NCBI GenBank assembly: GCA_041659045.1
Contig: JBAZZB010000002.1
Location: 231,412-295,411, forward strand
Direction of reading: 5' to 3'
Origin: Patescibacteria group bacterium
Lineage (GTDB): Bacteria > Patescibacteriota > Patescibacteriia > SG8-24 > DYFX01
Length of the DNA: 64,000 bases
The position numbers and the translations under genes are program-made. How positions within the stretch are numbered: the first letter of the stretch is position 1; each line of letters starts with the position of its first letter. Of the stretch, positions 16,616-24,446 are shown in pieces. Below the pieces are notes generated by a model. The model ran no database searches. It saw only the letters and a list, made by a program, of their open reading frames with translations, and had not been told where the DNA came from.

Positions 16616-17021
16616 AGCGGTACGGATACGCCGGGAGGCCGGTGCCGCTTTGATGCGCGAGCTTGAGCTTCAAGAGCGGCATGGCATCGTCGAAAGAACC
16701 CAGGTGCGGCAACTCCACGCCGAGAAGCTTGGCATCCGGTTGCGCGGAGAGCTGCCCGCAGCCGTCGCAGACATACGCCGGCGAATACCAGGAACAGCCA
16801 CGCGCGTCAGCAACGTCCTTGACCAGCTCCCACAGCGTGAGAAGTCGGCGTCCACAGCATCGATACTCAACGTGCGCCGAGCTTTCCGTGGCGACAGCCA
16901 CCAAGCCGGCATTGCTGGCGCGGGCTTCGTCGACAGACACGTGATCGAGCTCCAACACGCGCAGCCCGGACGCTTCCAGCATGCGGGCAATTCTTGTCTC
17001 TGACATAAAGACCTCCTTCAT
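16614..17021 (-). CDS. hypothetical Cys-rich protein (CxxC..CDGCG zinc-ribbon-like), C-terminal ..AYPYR
   Basis: 135 aa containing the motifs YRCCGRR...YVCDGCGQL. Its 3' end is conserved with the 18609..19223 ORF and with the fragment at 17108..17221. Confidence 0.5.
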   Translation of the reverse strand: MKEVFMSETRIARMLEASGLRVLELDHVSVDEARASNAGLVAVATESSAHVEYRCCGRRLLTLWELVKDVADARGCSWYSPAYVCDGCGQLSAQPDAKLLGVELPHLGSFDDAMPLLKLKLAHQSGTGLPAYPYR

Positions 17022-17076
17022 TGAGCCGACGTTAGCATTGGCTGCTGAGCTTGTCCAAAAAAATTCGGAAATAAAA

Positions 17077-17103
17077 CGACGGCCCGAGAGGGTCGTCTTT
17101 GCG
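17077..17103 (-). terminator. terminator hairpin CGACGGCCCgagaGGGTCGTC (minus-strand sense followed by TTTTATTT)
   Basis: It is a paralogous copy of the terminator module. It sits downstream of the gene fragment and not of a full gene. Confidence 0.5.
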
Positions 17104-17107
17104 TTTA

Positions 17108-17221
17108 GCGATACGGGTCCACCCGAAGATCGATGCCGCTACGATGCGCACGCTTGAAGAGCAGACGTACGGTATCGCTGTCGTCCTTCCAGCCGGCGAC
17201 GGCTTTGAGGAACTCGCGGGC
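17108..17221 (-). pseudogene. decayed 3' fragment of a Cys-rich family gene (..AGWKDDSDTVRLLFKRAHRSGIDLRVDPYR-stop)
   Basis: The 38-codon frame ends in DPYR plus a stop and is followed by the same terminator module. It is bounded upstream by an in-frame stop at 17222-17224. It shows about 70% nucleotide identity to the 3' end of the 16614..17021 gene. Confidence 0.4.
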
Positions 17222-17299
17222 TCACCAAGAATTGACACGCGAACGTTTTTCTGCCAGACTCCCACGTTCGCATCCCAGACCTTTCTCCGGAGGAAACTG

Positions 17300-17695
17300 A
17301 TGAAGATCGTGACCGTGACCCGCACAGAATTCGAAGGCCAGCCCGAAGGCTTCCGCTCCTTCTTCCACGGCACCCTGCCAGACGGCCGTCATGCCGTCGT
17401 GCTCCTCTCCAAAGATGCACGTGCCTACGGCGATCTGGAGCGCGCGTCATACTATCGGGTCTACGTCGGCACGCCCGAGCAACTCGACGAGATCACCGTC
17501 ACGCATGCCCTCACGTACCGCGGCAAGTCCGTGATGCTGCACTGCGGCATCGAACGACGGTTGTGTGTCCCCTTGGTGCGTGCCGCGGACGATCCGTTGC
17601 CTGATCCCAACAGCCCGAATGCCGCGCGTCTCGAGCGGGATCCGATCCAAGTCCTCAAGACCGCCGTCTTTCCGCCCGTTCCCGATCAGAAATGA
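17300..17695 (+). CDS. hypothetical protein
   Basis: 131 aa starting MKIVTV, preceded by GGAGGA with a 7-nt spacer. The promoter TTGACA-N17-CAGACT lies at 17232 and a terminator CCGCCC..GGGCGG plus CTTTT follows the gene. Confidence 0.5.
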   Translation: MKIVTVTRTEFEGQPEGFRSFFHGTLPDGRHAVVLLSKDARAYGDLERASYYRVYVGTPEQLDEITVTHALTYRGKSVMLHCGIERRLCVPLVRAADDPLPDPNSPNAARLERDPIQVLKTAVFPPVPDQK

Positions 17696-17751
17696 AACCG
17701 CCCACCGCTTTGCGCGGAGGGCGGCTTTTACATTTCGGAAATCCGATCAGA

Positions 17752-18561
17752 CTATTCCTTTCCGCCTTTGTTCCAACCGCTGAAGGCCTTGAGGATCTCA
17801 AGCGGAACCGTGAACACGACGGTGTTCGAAGCGTCCGACGAGATGTCGTTGATCGAGTTCAGCGTGCGCAGATGGAGCGCGCCGGGTGTCTCGCCGAGGA
17901 GGCGCGCAGCGTTCGCCAGGTTTTGCGCGGCGGCGACTTCGCCTTCCGAGTTGATGATGACGGCGCGGCGTTCACGCTCGGCTTCAGCTTGCTTGGCGAT
18001 CGTACGGACCATGTCGGTCGGCAGGTTGATATCCTTGAGTTCAACCGTCGTGACTTCGACGCCCCAGCCGCTCGTGGCGTGATCGACGATCTTCTCAATC
18101 TTCTCCGAGATGACCATGCGCTGCGAGAGGAGTTCGTCGAGCGTCACTTCGCCGACAATGTTGCGCATCGTGGTTTGCGCGAGCTGGAGCACGGCGTAGT
18201 CGACGTTCTGGATGTCGATCACCGCTTTGGCCGGATCGCTGATCTTGTAGTAAATGACGGCGTTCACCTTGGCCGAGACGTTGTCCTTCGTGATCGCGTC
18301 CTGCGGCGGGACGTCGACGGCGCGCAGACGCATGTCGACTTTGGTCATCGACTGGAACACCGGGATCACAAGACGCCAACCTGGTTCAGCAACATTCGAA
18401 AAGCGCCCCATCGTGAAACGGACACCGCGCTGGTACTGGTTGATCTGCCGAAGACATGCGAGCAAGAGACCGATGATGACGATGAGCGGGAATCCTCCGC
18501 CCAAAAGAAGGTCAATCATATGTGTAGACGTGAAGGAATAACGATGCCGCGAGGATAACAC
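17752..18561 (-). CDS. SPFH/band-7 (stomatin/HflK-like) membrane protein
   Basis: 269 aa with an N-terminal TM helix. A full-length SPFH domain is present. Confidence 0.85.
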   Translation of the reverse strand: MLSSRHRYSFTSTHMIDLLLGGGFPLIVIIGLLLACLRQINQYQRGVRFTMGRFSNVAEPGWRLVIPVFQSMTKVDMRLRAVDVPPQDAITKDNVSAKVNAVIYYKISDPAKAVIDIQNVDYAVLQLAQTTMRNIVGEVTLDELLSQRMVISEKIEKIVDHATSGWGVEVTTVELKDINLPTDMVRTIAKQAEAERERRAVIINSEGEVAAAQNLANAARLLGETPGALHLRTLNSINDISSDASNTVVFTVPLEILKAFSGWNKGGKE

Positions 18562-18580
18562 GCAGCCGTGGAAAATAAAA

Positions 18581-18606
18581 CGACGACCTCGCGGGGTCGT
18601 CTTTGC
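18581..18606 (-). terminator. terminator hairpin CGACGACCtcgcGGGGTCGTC plus TTTGCGTTC
   Basis: This is the third copy of the ..PYR-stop plus hairpin module. Confidence 0.5.
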
Positions 18607-18608
18607 GT

Positions 18609-19223
18609 TCAGCGGTATGGCTCATCGTCAATCGTCTCGCCGAGCCGATTCTTCACCGAAAGCAGTTGCGAACGTAGCGTGTCGCGGCGATGATCTATGT
18701 CCGCGACTTGCTTCTCCAAGCGCTTCTTTCGTTCCGCAAGTGGTTCTTCCGATTGATCCGATCCGCGCTTCATTCGGGCCAGGAAGTCGGAGAGGTCGAC
18801 AGCCCCTTGCCAGGCGAAGCGGATACGCATGGGCGCATCCCATTCATCGCTATGCAAGCGGTGACAATGCGCGCAGACGTTTCCGAAATCGACAAGGGTT
18901 TTGCCATCCATGAAATCTTCGGTTCTGCACAATCGATACACGGTTCCACAACAGGCACCGCAATTGATTCCCGAACGCGCCACGAAAGCCACGTCGTCAG
19001 GCTTCAAGCGATGCACGTTTGGCTGCCGGTTCGGAAACCAGATGAAGCCGACCTTTTCGAGCTGTCTCACGACATCCAGTGCGGGATCCGCCGCGCTGAC
19101 GAGACGGAGCTGAAGCCTCTTGCGCCGAAGCGCGTACTGTCCGGAGACAAACGCGATCAGCAGAGAGATAACACTAACTGCGAGCGTTTCCATCAGAACC
19201 TCCCCTGTAATGGAACGGCGCAA
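18609..19223 (-). CDS. hypothetical membrane-anchored Cys-rich protein with a C-terminal coiled coil, ending ..DEPYR
   Basis: 204 aa with an N-terminal TM helix. The Cys cluster CGACCG...CAHCH is followed by a charged coiled-coil region. Confidence 0.5.
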   Translation of the reverse strand: MRRSITGEVLMETLAVSVISLLIAFVSGQYALRRKRLQLRLVSAADPALDVVRQLEKVGFIWFPNRQPNVHRLKPDDVAFVARSGINCGACCGTVYRLCRTEDFMDGKTLVDFGNVCAHCHRLHSDEWDAPMRIRFAWQGAVDLSDFLARMKRGSDQSEEPLAERKKRLEKQVADIDHRRDTLRSQLLSVKNRLGETIDDEPYR

Positions 19224-19257
19224 TGTATCAGGGGGCGTGCCTTACGTCAATATAAAA

Positions 19258-19285
19258 GGACGACCCGTGAAGGTCGTCTGTGTAC
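19258..19285 (-). terminator. terminator hairpin GACGACCcgtgaaGGTCGTC
   Basis: It belongs to the same GACGACC stem family and sits downstream of the 19305..20060 ORF. Confidence 0.5.
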
Positions 19286-19304
19286 TGACAGGGCTGTGAT
19301 CCGA

Positions 19305-20060
19305 TTATCCCTTGTCCGACGTCGTCTCCCCATCGGGCTGGAGCGGCGTGCCGCGGAAGGGTTCGACGTCGGTGCGGAGCCGCAGCTCGCCATCGAGTCG
19401 CTCGATCTCGCGCTCGATCGCTTCGAGCTCCGGACACAACCGACGATGCTCCGCGCGAAGTCGCACGAGTCGCTCGGCTTTGAGGCCGCCGGGATCCAAA
19501 CACTCCTGGTCTTCGAACCAGCGCAGGATGTTCCCGACGCCGACGAGTGCGCTCGGCGGACAATCCCAAGGACTCACGACGATCTTGCCGCATGAACTGC
19601 AGCACCGGAAGCACGACTCGATCACCTGGCTGGTCGTCTTGTCTGCTTTCCGCTGTTGCACGACCTGCGTGACCCAGTAGCCGAAGCCGTCGCAGTAGAG
19701 GCACGCCTCGTCAGGAACGGCGAAGCACCTACCGATCTGCGCAGATTCGTTCCGCTGGAACAGCATGCTGAGCGTGGTCAGGCGACCCGGCCCCTCTTGG
19801 AACCAAGCGCCTTCGCCCGTGATGAACTCTCCCCCACGACCATCAGTCGTGATGATCGTGAACCCGTGCCGTTCGAGGCGTTGCTCGAACGCGTCCAAGA
19901 ACTGCGTGCTCTTGTTCGGTTCGAACGGCGACGGCGGCAACGGGTGCCGAGTTCCGTCGACGAGCTGCTCCTTCTTCGGCCTCGTGATGAACCAGATCGC
20001 CGCGGCGATGAAAGCCATTGCGGCAGCAAGACCAAGAATCGGTTGAAGAACGTACAGCAT
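19305..20060 (-). CDS. hypothetical membrane-anchored Cys-rich protein with a C-terminal coiled coil
   Basis: 251 aa with an N-terminal TM helix. The Cys clusters are ACLYCDGFG and CFRCCSSCG. The start is preceded by AAGGAG, which lies inside the end of the upstream micro-ORF. Confidence 0.5.
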   Translation of the reverse strand: MLYVLQPILGLAAAMAFIAAAIWFITRPKKEQLVDGTRHPLPPSPFEPNKSTQFLDAFEQRLERHGFTIITTDGRGGEFITGEGAWFQEGPGRLTTLSMLFQRNESAQIGRCFAVPDEACLYCDGFGYWVTQVVQQRKADKTTSQVIESCFRCCSSCGKIVVSPWDCPPSALVGVGNILRWFEDQECLDPGGLKAERLVRLRAEHRRLCPELEAIEREIERLDGELRLRTDVEPFRGTPLQPDGETTSDKG

Positions 20061-20062
20061 CT

Positions 20063-20203
20063 CTACTTCTCCTTGTTGGAGTTGCGTGACCGCTCATCGC
20101 GGCGTGCGAGCGCGATCACGAGAGCAACCAAGAGCACGACAGCAATGATGATGCCGAGCGAGACATGGACGACATCGGACTCCGTGATGGTAATACCGTC
20201 CAC
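20063..20203 (-). CDS. hypothetical small TM protein (46 aa), co-transcribed with the 19305..20060 ORF
   Basis: GTG start preceded by GAGGAGG. It translates VDGITITESDVVHVSLGIIIAVVLLVALVIALARRDERSRNSNKEK. Its stop lies 2 nt before the next start. Confidence 0.35.
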   Translation of the reverse strand: MDGITITESDVVHVSLGIIIAVVLLVALVIALARRDERSRNSNKEK

Positions 20204-20375
20204 GGTGAACCTCCTCGTGGCTTCTGTATGACGGGCAAGACGTGCTCCGCCTCCCGATGTCGGGATACGACACGATGGCATGAAAAATCGATTTTCGTCA
20301 AGATGCATCTCTTGCGAAAGGATCGGGCGCAGTACGAGATAAAAAATCCGACCGTGCCAGGAAGACAGCGGTCGG

Positions 20376-20993
20376 TCAGGCGGCGGACGGACCAGGATCG
20401 GGTTCTTGATCCGCGGACGTGACAGGTGGATCGACCACGAGACTGAGGACGCGCCCACCCTTCTTGGGGGTCGGCTTGCTCGTCAGTTCGCCAGAGGCGA
20501 GCTTGCTGCGGAGCGTGGACACGGACTCGAGACCCTGCTTCAGCAAAGCCTCCGTCTCGTCGAGCGCACAAGCGATCGCAACGTGCTCACGACCTTCTGC
20601 GGGAACGCCGTCGAACACCTTGAGGGCTTCGATCAGATTTCCGCGCTCCACGACGATGTGATGAAGCACACCCACATCCTCCATGAGGTTGTTGTGGTAG
20701 ACGACTCCGCAGTAGGCGCACACGAGGCACAGATCATTGATCTCCACCTCGCTCTCGTACTCGAATTCCGGCTCATGAGGAACGATCTCCTCCAGGAAGA
20801 ACAGGGGCTTCTCGCACGGAACGCAGTACATCGTCGAGCAGCCTTCACCTCCATGCAGATGCAACTCGCCGAGACGTTCTGGAGTCGGGCGCAGGCAGGC
20901 GAAGCTCACGATGAATCCAACTTCGCGCAACCGCCGCACGAGTGGAGTCTGCTCGTACTTCGTACCGGACACCTGTTCGTTTTGATCGGTCAA
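20376..20993 (-). CDS. hypothetical Cys-rich protein (CSTMYCVPC...CLVCAYCG)
   Basis: 205 aa with a TTG start preceded by AAAGGAGG. Its zinc-ribbon-like motifs resemble those of the 16614..17021 family. Confidence 0.5.
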   Translation of the reverse strand: MTDQNEQVSGTKYEQTPLVRRLREVGFIVSFACLRPTPERLGELHLHGGEGCSTMYCVPCEKPLFFLEEIVPHEPEFEYESEVEINDLCLVCAYCGVVYHNNLMEDVGVLHHIVVERGNLIEALKVFDGVPAEGREHVAIACALDETEALLKQGLESVSTLRSKLASGELTSKPTPKKGGRVLSLVVDPPVTSADQEPDPGPSAA

Positions 20994-21059
20994 CGCGACC
21001 TCCTTTGTATGGTCATCGCTTTTTTCCCACGGACAGCCTCCTGCGTCAAGACACCGACC

Positions 21060-21088
21060 TTGACGACCGCGCCTCTATCCCCTATAGT
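21060..21088 (+). promoter_or_regulatory. rpsP promoter (TTGACG-N17-TATAGT)
   Basis: The sequence reads TTGACGaccgcgcctctatccccTATAGT. It is followed by a 5' UTR of about 90 nt containing the hairpin CGCCCCGC-ATAC-GCAGGGCG. Confidence 0.6.
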
Positions 21089-21178
21089 ACCCCCGTTCGC
21101 GCCCCGCATACGCAGGGCGAGCTGCAGAACCGCGGGAAGCTCTCACCCCGCGTTTCTCATACGTTTTATCTCATACCA

Positions 21179-21472
21179 ATGTTGTCCATCCGCCTCTCCC
21201 GCGTCGGCAAAAAGAAGATGCCGTCCTACCGCCTGATCGTCACCGAAAAAACCCGCGACCCGTGGGGCAAGGTGCTCGAACAGCTCGGCACGTACGACCC
21301 GCTCTCCAAGCCACGCAAAATCGCGTTCGACATCGAGCGCGTAAAGTACTGGATGTCGAAGGGCGCTCAACCGTCCGCGACCGTCCATAACATGCTCGTC
21401 GATCTCAAAGCGATCGAAAGCGAAAAAACCAAGGCGCACCCGACTCACAAAGTCACCGCCGAGGAAAAGTAA
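21179..21472 (+). CDS. rpsP: 30S ribosomal protein S16
   Basis: 97 aa. The N-terminus MLSIRLSRVGKKKMPSYRLIVTEKTRDPWGKVLEQLGTYDPL matches bS16. No Shine-Dalgarno sequence is visible. Confidence 0.9.
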   Translation: MLSIRLSRVGKKKMPSYRLIVTEKTRDPWGKVLEQLGTYDPLSKPRKIAFDIERVKYWMSKGAQPSATVHNMLVDLKAIESEKTKAHPTHKVTAEEK

Positions 21473-21486
21473 GCCGCAACAACGCC

Positions 21487-21515
21487 TCGCATACGCGGGG
21501 CGTTTTGTGTATTGA
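21487..21515 (+). terminator. terminator hairpin CGCCTCGC-ATAC-GCGGGGCG plus TTTTGTGT
   Basis: The hairpin has the same CGCATACGC core as the hairpin in the rpsP 5' UTR. Confidence 0.55.
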
Positions 21516-21593
21516 GAAGTCGTTCGCGTGTTGACGCTTTTGCCTGCGCGAGCCTACGCTTGATCTAGACCAACCTCCGCCAAGGAGTGCCCC

Positions 21594-22148
21594 GTGGAAT
21601 CCAAAGCCCTTACGACCCTCGCGCCGCTATCGCTTGTCCCGACGTCTTCGATGCCGCGGCACAAAGGCAAGGAGCTTGCGGATCTCGTTTGCGCGCGTCG
21701 CAACGAGATAGGAAACGCCCTCGTGCATGCCGGCGGCGCCATCGGGCTCGCCTTCTGCGGCGCCTTTTGCGGATTCATGGCGGCCCTCGGTTTCGTCTAT
21801 CCGTTCTTCCCAATGTGGTACTTCCTCATCACGCTGACCGTCTGCTTGTTCTCATTGCTTGGTGCCGGCGTGATGGTCAGTCTCGTCGTCAACGACGTGT
21901 ACGCGTTTCGCAGGAAGAAGATTCCCCCAACGCTTCAATCTGAGGCCGCCGAAGAGGCGCGGCTGCTCGAAGCCGCATGGGAGCTCAATAGCCAGATCAT
22001 GGAGTGGAACGAATCCGCCAGACGCGCGGCCTCTGAAACGGAGATCGAACCGGTCTACACCGAGCTCCTTCACGCGAAGCGTCGCAAACTCGCGCGCCTT
22101 CGAGATGGGGCTCTGGCCTACCTCGAATGTTCGACCAAAGATCCATAA
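21594..22148 (+). CDS. hypothetical membrane protein (2 TM plus C-terminal coiled coil), tandem paralog 1
   Basis: 184 aa starting MES.., with its own promoter (TTGACG at 21529) and terminator (GATCCataacGGATC plus T-run). It has the same length and architecture as the 22221..22775 ORF. Confidence 0.5.
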   Translation: MESKALTTLAPLSLVPTSSMPRHKGKELADLVCARRNEIGNALVHAGGAIGLAFCGAFCGFMAALGFVYPFFPMWYFLITLTVCLFSLLGAGVMVSLVVNDVYAFRRKKIPPTLQSEAAEEARLLEAAWELNSQIMEWNESARRAASETEIEPVYTELLHAKRRKLARLRDGALAYLECSTKDP

Positions 22149-22220
22149 CGGATCTTTTTTCTTTTGCCGATGATTGACAAGCGCGCGAAGATACCCCTAC
22201 CCTGCCACTAGGAGGTTGCC

Positions 22221-22775
22221 ATGGAATCCACCTCGCTCGTACTCTTGCCGCGTCTGGAATTGATCGGTGCGGAAACACTCCCTTCGAAAGACCGCCGCGA
22301 ACTGGCGATGCGTACCGAGCAGCAGCGCTTTGTGGAAAAACAGCTGGCCTCCGCTATCGGACTCACATTTCTCTCCGGCGTTTTTACGATGATCTACGGA
22401 ACGATTCTGTTCTTTTCATGGGGCCACGCGCTGTTTTCCCCAATCTTCTCCGGTATCATGCTTCTCGCCGCCCTGTCGGCAACGTACATCATGAGCAACG
22501 TATCCGTTCGACTCCAACGCTCACTGCGAGTGGAGAGAGTGCCAGCCAAGCTCGTTGAGCGGGCGGCGGCGGAGAACGCCTTGTGCTCGCTGGCAATCGA
22601 TGTCGATCACTATGCTTCCAACTGGAACAACGCGGCCGCTCACGTCGAAGCGCTGAGCGAACCCGATCCGGCGCTCCTAGAACGTCTTCGGAAACACCGC
22701 AAAGTTCTTGAAGCCAAGCAGCGGGAGCTTCGGCAACTTGCGAAGCGTCTCGAACGCATCAACAAGACCTCTTGA
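22221..22775 (+). CDS. hypothetical membrane protein (2 TM plus C-terminal coiled coil), tandem paralog 2
   Basis: 184 aa starting MES... The promoter is at 22169 and the terminator AAGACCtcttgaagGGGTCTT plus T-run follows. Confidence 0.5.
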   Translation: MESTSLVLLPRLELIGAETLPSKDRRELAMRTEQQRFVEKQLASAIGLTFLSGVFTMIYGTILFFSWGHALFSPIFSGIMLLAALSATYIMSNVSVRLQRSLRVERVPAKLVERAAAENALCSLAIDVDHYASNWNNAAAHVEALSEPDPALLERLRKHRKVLEAKQRELRQLAKRLERINKTS

Positions 22776-22868
22776 AGGGGTCTTTTTTCTTTGTTAGGCT
22801 TCTTGAGGAGGCTGATGGAGGTCGGCAGCCGCCAACTGAACCCGTTATATTCACCGCATACAGAAGGT

Positions 22869-23207
22869 ATGGCAAGAGAAATGGACCAGGAGTTCGTCGA
22901 GTACATCGTGAAAGGCATCGTCGGTCATCCCGAGGACGTCGAGACGGAACGCACGATTGATGAGCGCGGCGTGTTGATCACTTTGAAGGTCAATCCGGCG
23001 GACATGGGCTACGTTATCGGCCGCCAGGGCCAGACGGCGCGCTCAATCCGCACACTGCTCAAGATCGTCGGCGCAAAGAACAACGCCCGCGTGAACCTGA
23101 AGATTTACGAACCGGAAGGCTCCCGCCGCGCCCACAGCGCCGGCAGCAGCGAGCAACCGATCGCGCGCGAGGACATCGATACCTCCGCCGTCGACCTGCA
23201 GCTCTAA
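22869..23207 (+). CDS. khpA: KH-domain RNA-binding protein KhpA-like
   Basis: The start MAREMDQEFVEYIVKGIVGHPEDVETERTIDERGVLITLKVNPADMGYVIGRQGQTARSIRTLLK is a KhpA-type KH domain. A C-terminal extension of about 35 aa follows. Confidence 0.75.
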   Translation: MAREMDQEFVEYIVKGIVGHPEDVETERTIDERGVLITLKVNPADMGYVIGRQGQTARSIRTLLKIVGAKNNARVNLKIYEPEGSRRAHSAGSSEQPIAREDIDTSAVDLQL

Positions 23208-23222
23208 AACGAAAAGCAAAAA

Positions 23223-23258
23223 CGACTCCCCCGGCCACAAGCCGAGGGAGTCTTTGTT
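23223..23258 (+). terminator. intrinsic terminator
   Basis: The hairpin GACTCCCccggccacaagccgaGGGAGTC is followed by TTTGTT. Confidence 0.5.
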
Positions 23259-23374
23259 ATGCCTCTTTTCGGCCGTGGCATGCCATAAAAGTGTCAGCCT
23301 CTTGACACAATTTAGGCCACTCTGCTAGGACCCTCTTGCTGGCATGAGCCAGCGATTCCCCAAAGGAGATTGTC

Positions 23375-24145
23375 GTGAAGAAGCTCTCGAAAGAAACGTT
23401 CCTTGCATCGTGCCTGATGACTGCCTGCCTCGCTTCCCTCTTCATCCTGTCGAGTGGATGTGCGGAGGACGAAGACGCCATACCGCAAGCCTTGAGTGAA
23501 GCAGACCTCGTCGAAGACGACGACCTCAGGTCCGCGAAAGTATCGCGTGACGAGCCGGACAACCCCAACCCCGCTGGCGGAAAGATTGCGAAGGCGGCTG
23601 CGGCCCCGTTTCACTACGACCGCATCAAGGCACGCGACTATGCCGTACGGTACGCCAAGAAGCCGAATCGCTTGATCGCCTACTGCGCGCTGCGTGATGG
23701 TACTCCGGCGGACTGTACGAACTTCGCCTCGCAGACCCTCTGGGCAGGCGGCGTGCCGATGAACCACAACGTATCGGATAACGAAGGTTGGTGGTATCGC
23801 TACGGCTGTATCCCAACCGGAAGCAGTAAAAGCTGGCGCCAGGTCAATCACCTCGTGAGCTATCTCGTGACCGAAAGCAACATCGGTGAATTTCGGCGAC
23901 GGGCCCGCGATCTCGAGCTCGGTGATCTCATCTTCTATCGGTTGCCGCAGGAAGAGAACGACTACCGATGCGATGGAAACCTGTTCAACCACTCAACGGT
24001 TGTCACGGGATTCAACGAACTCGGTGAACCTCTCGTGTCGTACCATTCGAATGACGCGTTGAACGTCTTGTGGCACGTGAAGAACGGGTCACGAATCGCG
24101 CTTGGCGAAGCGTGCGCAACAGCGTTCGTCCACATCAAGAACTGA
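23375..24145 (+). CDS. lipoprotein with a putative amidase (Amidase_6 / CHAP-like) domain
   Basis: The signal peptide carries the lipobox LSSGC. The motif DCTNFASQTLWAGG resembles the catalytic Cys motif of putative cell-wall amidases. Confidence 0.5.
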   Translation: MKKLSKETFLASCLMTACLASLFILSSGCAEDEDAIPQALSEADLVEDDDLRSAKVSRDEPDNPNPAGGKIAKAAAAPFHYDRIKARDYAVRYAKKPNRLIAYCALRDGTPADCTNFASQTLWAGGVPMNHNVSDNEGWWYRYGCIPTGSSKSWRQVNHLVSYLVTESNIGEFRRRARDLELGDLIFYRLPQEENDYRCDGNLFNHSTVVTGFNELGEPLVSYHSNDALNVLWHVKNGSRIALGEACATAFVHIKN

Positions 24146-24233
24146 CCGGTTCGGCCACTCGGCCGGTCAGTTCCCTTTTTTATAACCAACCCCGTTGACA
24201 TAAATCAGCGGGAACTGCTATCACTTCATCACT

Positions 24234-24386
24234 ATGTACAAATACCTTCTCATTGGCCTGATCGCCGTGGCGAGCATTGGTTACGTGGTCGTCGACGAAC
24301 TCTACTTCGCCGAACCTGTCGTTACCGACTGCTGCGCGAACGGTTTTGATGCCACCCCCTACGAGATGCAGCCGGCGCAACCTTGA
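24234..24386 (+). CDS. hypothetical 50-aa peptide with an N-terminal hydrophobic helix and a DCC motif
   Basis: It translates MYKYLLIGLIAVASIGYVVVDELYFAEPVVTDCCANGFDATPYEMQPAQP. Its own promoter TTGACA-N17-TATCAC is at 24195-24223, the transcript is near-leaderless, and the terminator GCCGGC..GCCGGC plus T7 follows. It is below the ORF-track cutoff. Confidence 0.35.
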   Translation: MYKYLLIGLIAVASIGYVVVDELYFAEPVVTDCCANGFDATPYEMQPAQP

Positions 24387-24446
24387 CGCCGGCTCGTTTT
24401 TTTGATACCTTCCTCGGTCATCCCAACCTCATGACAGGAGAACCCG

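Noticed and set aside
17099-17299. The N-terminal 67 codons of the 198-aa plus-strand ORF 17099..17695.
   Set aside because: This stretch overlaps the minus-strand pseudogene fragment and terminator and precedes the gene's own promoter (TTGACA at 17232) and SD (GGAGGA at 17286). The gene is therefore trimmed to 17300..17695.
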